Notes under the pieces: generated by a model
Told to the model about the DNA's origin: nothing
Databases searched by the model: none
What the model saw: the letters and a program-made list of their open reading frames with translations, nothing else
Origin: Aliivibrio fischeri ES114
GTDB taxonomy: Bacteria; Pseudomonadota; Gammaproteobacteria; Enterobacterales; Vibrionaceae
DNA: 32,000 bases
Assembly (NCBI RefSeq): GCF_000011805.1
Contig: NC_006841.2
Strand: one strand, 5' to 3'
Made by a program: the position numbers and the translations under genes
Part shown: positions 27,825-32,000 of the stretch, one piece after another
Numbering within the stretch: the first letter of the stretch is position 1
How the letters are laid out: every line of letters begins with the position of its first letter

Positions 27825-27959
27825 CTATTTGAACCTTAATTAATAAATCTATTACTGCACTATAGCAAGGATTATAGGCCATGAATACGGTAAAGAATAT
27901 ATAAGACATGAAAAAGGAGCCTTAAAAGCTCCTTTGTCGTCAGTTACTTGATGCTTTGT

Positions 27960-28325
27960 TTAGGCTGTTTTCAAGTACTTCTTTAGTAATGGCTTCGAGA
28001 TTTTTGCATCTTTAATCTTAAACCAAAGGTAAGTTGCAACAATGGAAAAGAATAAATATGAAACAGCAAAAATAAACGGTGATGAGATTAACTCTGCGTT
28101 CATACCAATGATAACGCCCGTTATGGTTACTGTAATTTTTGCGAATAAGCCTAAAACCAGCATTAACATTGCAAGTTGAGGATACTTGGTCGTTCGAAAT
28201 GCAAACCAGTGGCAGCACCCTACCGCTAATGTAGCAATACTTAAGCCTAAAATGAAAGAATGAAAATGCTCAGCAGCTGCAACACCACCGATAGTTGATA
28301 TTAAAAAAATTAGAAGTAATTTCAT
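27960..28325 (-). CDS. Small membrane protein (about 4 TM)
   Basis: Hydrophobic segments; start assigned at MKLLLIFL. Confidence 0.6.
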   Translation of the reverse strand: MKLLLIFLISTIGGVAAAEHFHSFILGLSIATLAVGCCHWFAFRTTKYPQLAMLMLVLGLFAKITVTITGVIIGMNAELISSPFIFAVSYLFFSIVATYLWFKIKDAKISKPLLKKYLKTA

Positions 28326-28650
28326 AAACACCTCAAATGAAAAATTGGAGCATCCTTTCAAATTTGAAATCTTTGTTTCCGCTGCATTCTATCGCTTTTA
28401 AATTAAAATTCAAGTATGTGAAAAATGGACAATTGTTACAAAGATGTTTCATTGATAGTGAGTTGAAATGAACAACAAACCATAGGCACGATAGCTAATA
28501 GAAAAGTCTTATTATTGATGCGTTAAATGTTAAGGAATAGTTAATTTTGCTTGGTTTGATAAGAGGAATATATTTATAAAATATTTGAAATGAGGCATAA
28601 AAAAAGCACCCTATTTCTAGGATGCTTTTAAAAATTAGATAAAACGCAGA

Positions 28651-29202
28651 TTAAGCTTGAGTTGCTGCTACGTAGTTTTCTAATTCTGAAATTTGTACTG
28701 TAGTGATGTGTTTACCGTCTAGGTAGAATGCAACACTATCATCTACTTTTTCGCCACGAAGTACTTGTTGAGTACCATCTAGTAATGCAACGTGCATTTC
28801 AAGCGTGTTTGCATCGATTTGTTCAACAGTTGTGCTCTTAACGTTGTTGTTAACTTGTAGAGGTGCAACTGGTGCTTTTGTCATTGATGCGTCGATTTTG
28901 TCGTTAACTTTAAATACAGCACCGCCAACATCTTTATCTACGATCGCAGGGCTCTTACCTGTGATGATGTTTTTACCAGTCCAGAATTCGATTGAGTTAA
29001 AGATAAATAAGTCAGCTGCAGCTGAAATACCATAAACAGGTGCAAGTAGAATATAAAGTCCAGCACGGCCGTAACGGTTATCAACTGCTTTTAAGTTACC
29101 AAAAGTAACAAGTTGAGTAACACCCATTTGACCCATACAACCAGTTAAAGTAGTCACGCCTAGCGCCACTGCTACAGCTATTTTCATCTTTTTAAAGTTC
29201 AT
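28651..29202 (-). CDS. DUF3332-like lipoprotein
   Basis: Lipobox GVTTLTGC, NLKAVDNRYGRAGLYILLAPVYGISAAADLFIFNSIEFWTGKN. Confidence 0.75.
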   Translation of the reverse strand: MNFKKMKIAVAVALGVTTLTGCMGQMGVTQLVTFGNLKAVDNRYGRAGLYILLAPVYGISAAADLFIFNSIEFWTGKNIITGKSPAIVDKDVGGAVFKVNDKIDASMTKAPVAPLQVNNNVKSTTVEQIDANTLEMHVALLDGTQQVLRGEKVDDSVAFYLDGKHITTVQISELENYVAATQA

Positions 29203-29519
29203 AATATTCTCTATTTATTAGTGTTGTTGTTAACGCGCCGCATATTATCAAGTAATTATTTGTAAAAACAGACCCAACATCAATATTTTACAAAAAACTG
29301 ACAGAATAATGCCGCCTGATCGTCAAATATATGACGTCAATAAAATTGCAATATTAGATTGAAAAAATGTGGTGTAATTTTCATACAACCTATTCCAATA
29401 AATAAAAAGTGCTGATAAACTCCGCGCAGTTTTACGTGACACATGTCATATTTCTAAAAAAACAGCAGTTAATTATTCAAGAATTAATTGTAATAAACTT
29501 TCAACTCACCGAGAAAACG

Positions 29520-30758
29520 ATGAAAAATATCGATAAAGCAATGCGTATCCTGCTAGCAGGCTTTTGTATTAACCTATGTTTAGGAATTCTTTACGCATGG
29601 AGCGTATTTAATAAAGCACTTGTAACTGATATGGGATGGACTGCGTCTCAAGCGTCTCAACCTTATGCGACTGCAACGATCACTTTTTCAATCTGTCTTT
29701 TAGTTGCCGGTATTCTTCAAGATCGCATGGGTCCTCGCTTAATTCTTATTTTCGGTACGGTTCTAGTTGGTCTAGGTATGATCGCTTCAAGCTTTGCTGA
29801 AACTGTATTCATGCTTAACATCACTTTCGGTATCATGACTGGTGCTGGTATTGGTTTTGGTTATGCTTGTTTAGCTCCGTCTGCAATGAAATGGTTCCAC
29901 CCTTCTAAGAAAGGTATGGTAAACGGCTTAATTGCTGCTGGTTTTGGTTTAGCTGCTATCTATTTAGCGCCTGTAACATCAGCGCTTATTTCTATGTATG
30001 GTATTCAAACAAGCTTTTTAGTTCTTGGTGTAGCCATTCTTATTATCGCTGTTCCTTTAGCGACAACGATCAACAACCCACCAGAAGGTTACCAACCAGA
30101 AGAGCCTAAAGTTAAAGCTGGTAAAGCGCCAGTAACAACTCGTAAGCCAATGGATCTAAACTGGAAAGCAATGCTTAAAACACCACAGTTTTACTCATTA
30201 TGGATCATGTATGCGTTTGCAGCGTCAGCTGGTCTTATGATCATTGGTAACATCACAACAATTGCAAGCATGCAAGCAAACCTACCGAATGCGGTTTACT
30301 TAGCTTCTCTACTTGCTGTATTCAATTCAGGCGGTCGTGTTGCTGCTGGTATGCTTTCTGATAAGATCGGTGGTGTTAAAACATTACTTATCGCATTTGT
30401 GCTTCAAGGTGCGAACATGGCTCTATTTAGCATGTACGACAATGAAGTAATGCTAATCATCGGTACAGCTGTTGCTGCTGTTGGTTACGGTACACTGCTA
30501 GCCGTATTCCCATCACTTACTGCTGAGTTCTACGGTCTGAAAAACTACGGTACTAACTACGGTGTTCTATACACTTCATGGGGTATTGGTGGTGCTATCG
30601 GTGCTGCAGTTGTTGGTTTCTCAATGACTCAAGGTGGCGACTATGCTCTAGCGTACACTATCTCTGCTGCGATGGTTGGTGTTGCAATTATTCTAGCTCT
30701 AGTTACTAAGCCTATCTCTGAAGAGAAAGCACAACAACTAAGCCCTGCTACCGTTTAA
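29520..30758 (+). CDS. MFS transporter, OFA (oxalate/formate antiporter-like) family
   Basis: CLGILYAWSVFNKAL...GILQDRMGPR...GAGIGFGYACLAPSAMKWF; start assigned to MKNIDKAM. Confidence 0.88.
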   Translation: MKNIDKAMRILLAGFCINLCLGILYAWSVFNKALVTDMGWTASQASQPYATATITFSICLLVAGILQDRMGPRLILIFGTVLVGLGMIASSFAETVFMLNITFGIMTGAGIGFGYACLAPSAMKWFHPSKKGMVNGLIAAGFGLAAIYLAPVTSALISMYGIQTSFLVLGVAILIIAVPLATTINNPPEGYQPEEPKVKAGKAPVTTRKPMDLNWKAMLKTPQFYSLWIMYAFAASAGLMIIGNITTIASMQANLPNAVYLASLLAVFNSGGRVAAGMLSDKIGGVKTLLIAFVLQGANMALFSMYDNEVMLIIGTAVAAVGYGTLLAVFPSLTAEFYGLKNYGTNYGVLYTSWGIGGAIGAAVVGFSMTQGGDYALAYTISAAMVGVAIILALVTKPISEEKAQQLSPATV

Positions 30759-30774
30759 TATTATTCAATAAAAT

Positions 30775-30804
30775 CAAAGCCCGTTTGCAATTGTAAACGG
30801 GCTT
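30775..30804. terminator. Rho-independent terminator
   Basis: AAAGCCCGTTT - GCAATTGT - AAACGGGCTTT then TTTTG. Confidence 0.88.
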
Positions 30805-30867
30805 TTTTTGTTTTTTTCCTCTTTTATTATTACAATATAACTTATCTTGAATTTATTGGATTTGCCT

Positions 30868-32000
30868 ATGTTTTCTAAACGCTCATTATTAATTGCTTTT
30901 GTTGTTATTTTCTCCGGTTGTGCCACGTACGCCACATATAACTACGATCAATTATTTGGAGAGGAGCAAGTTCAAGAACGTATTCACGAATATAAGTCAC
31001 CAGAGAGTATTGATTACCTTGATGATGTGAAACCTCTTATCGATAAACGCTGTGTGGTATGTCACGCCTGCTATGATGCGCCCTGCCAATTAAAAATGTC
31101 TTCAGCGGAAGGTATTGATCGTGGTGCGCATAAATCGAAAATTTATGAAGGAACACGTTTAGTTGCTGCAAATCCTACTCGTTTATTTGAGGATGCTCAA
31201 ACGACGCAAGAATGGCGTGATATTGGTTTCTCTCCTGTACTTAATGAACGTGACCAGAATGAAATTGCAAACACCGAAGCTGGTGTTATGGCACGCATGC
31301 TGACTTTAAAACAGACAAATCCACTTGCTAAAGAGAAACAATTAACAGGTTATGATTTCTCTATCGATCGTGATCAACAATGCCCTACGATCGAAGAAAT
31401 GTCTGATTATGAGAGTCAATATCCAAGCTGGGGTATGCCATATGGAATGCCTGAGTTGTCTAATTCAGAACACGATTTACTAATGAATTGGCTAGAGCAA
31501 GGCGCTCATATGAGTGATATTGCTCCGCTTTCGGATTCTGATATTGCAAATGTTGAAAAATGGGAAACCTTTTTCAATGGTAATTCATTAAAAGAGCAAC
31601 TTACCGCTCGTTACCTATACGAACACTTATTTTTAAATCATTTATATTTTACAAAAGATCCTAATACGCTACGCTTCTTTAAAGTTGTACGTTCAGCAAC
31701 GCCTCCAGGTGAACCGTTATCACTTATCGCAACACGTCGCCCATATGATGATCCGGGTGTAGAGCGTGTTTATTATCGTGTAGTTCCTGTCAGAAGTAGT
31801 ATTGTTGATAAAACACATATGCCCTACTTACTTGATCAAGAACGTTTTGAAAAATGGACTAAGTGGTTTGTTACTGCAGATTATCAAGTAACATCGCTAC
31901 CAAGTTACTCAACTGAAATTGCCGCTAATCCTCTAGTTACTTTTGTGGATCTACCCGTTCACTCGCGTTACAGCTATTTATTGGATGAAGCACAAGATAC
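30868..32000 (+). CDS. Fatty acid cis/trans isomerase-like protein, truncated at window end
   Basis: Reading MFSKRSLLIAFVVIFSGCATYAHINYDQLFGEEQVQ...DDVKPLIDKRCVVCHACYDAPCQLKMSSAEGIDRGA with c-type heme CxxCH. Confidence 0.8.
   Translation, partial: MFSKRSLLIAFVVIFSGCATYATYNYDQLFGEEQVQERIHEYKSPESIDYLDDVKPLIDKRCVVCHACYDAPCQLKMSSAEGIDRGAHKSKIYEGTRLVAANPTRLFEDAQTTQEWRDIGFSPVLNERDQNEIANTEAGVMARMLTLKQTNPLAKEKQLTGYDFSIDRDQQCPTIEEMSDYESQYPSWGMPYGMPELSNSEHDLLMNWLEQGAHMSDIAPLSDSDIANVEKWETFFNGNSLKEQLTARYLYEHLFLNHLYFTKDPNTLRFFKVVRSATPPGEPLSLIATRRPYDDPGVERVYYRVVPVRSSIVDKTHMPYLLDQERFEKWTKWFVTADYQVTSLPSYSTEIAANPLVTFVDLPVHSRYSYLLDEAQD

Noticed and set aside
1-32000. CRISPR arrays, tRNA, rRNA, retron or classical toxin-antitoxin or defence operon
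   Set aside because: No regularly spaced direct repeats, no cloverleaf or rRNA-like sequence and no reverse transcriptase or recognisable defence genes were seen by eye; a scan with dedicated tools was not possible.

Overview
The window is a vibrionaceal, probably Aliivibrio-like, chromosomal segment (host is an inference from protein style). The left edge (1 to about 5820) holds most of a CTXphi-type filamentous phage (inovirus) prophage. Its order is Zot/pI-like (truncated by the window edge), pVI-like, pIII-like adhesin with Gly-rich linkers, a 25-aa mini-ORF, major coat, a 43-aa mini-ORF, an ssDNA-binding-like protein, an RstA-like replication initiator and a divergent XRE/RstR-like repressor. 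The most interesting structure is at 5640-5815. Two XerC/XerD dif-like sites in inverted orientation, with 6-nt and 11-nt central regions, match the architecture of the folded single-stranded attP of CTXphi. A perfect 12-bp inverted repeat lies in the repressor/replication-initiator intergenic region (4583-4619), and another hairpin lies between the repressor and the att site (5456-5490). To the right is mostly ordinary chromosome: two small exported peptides, PhnA-family, pntAB, a HlyU-family/OmpA-like pair, a TetR/TolC/HlyD/ABC-2 permease x2 cluster with no visible ATPase gene, YfcZ-like, a cold shock protein, a secreted 20-aa-repeat LP-repeat protein, LysR, a PlsC-like acyltransferase, a nicotinate-nucleotide adenylyltransferase-like gene with nadE, GIY-YIG, YceH, bactofilin, a PAS and REC/CheX-like pair, a DUF3332-like lipoprotein, an OFA-type MFS transporter, and a truncated fatty acid cis/trans isomerase-like gene. 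All family assignments were made by reading the sequence; no searches were run.
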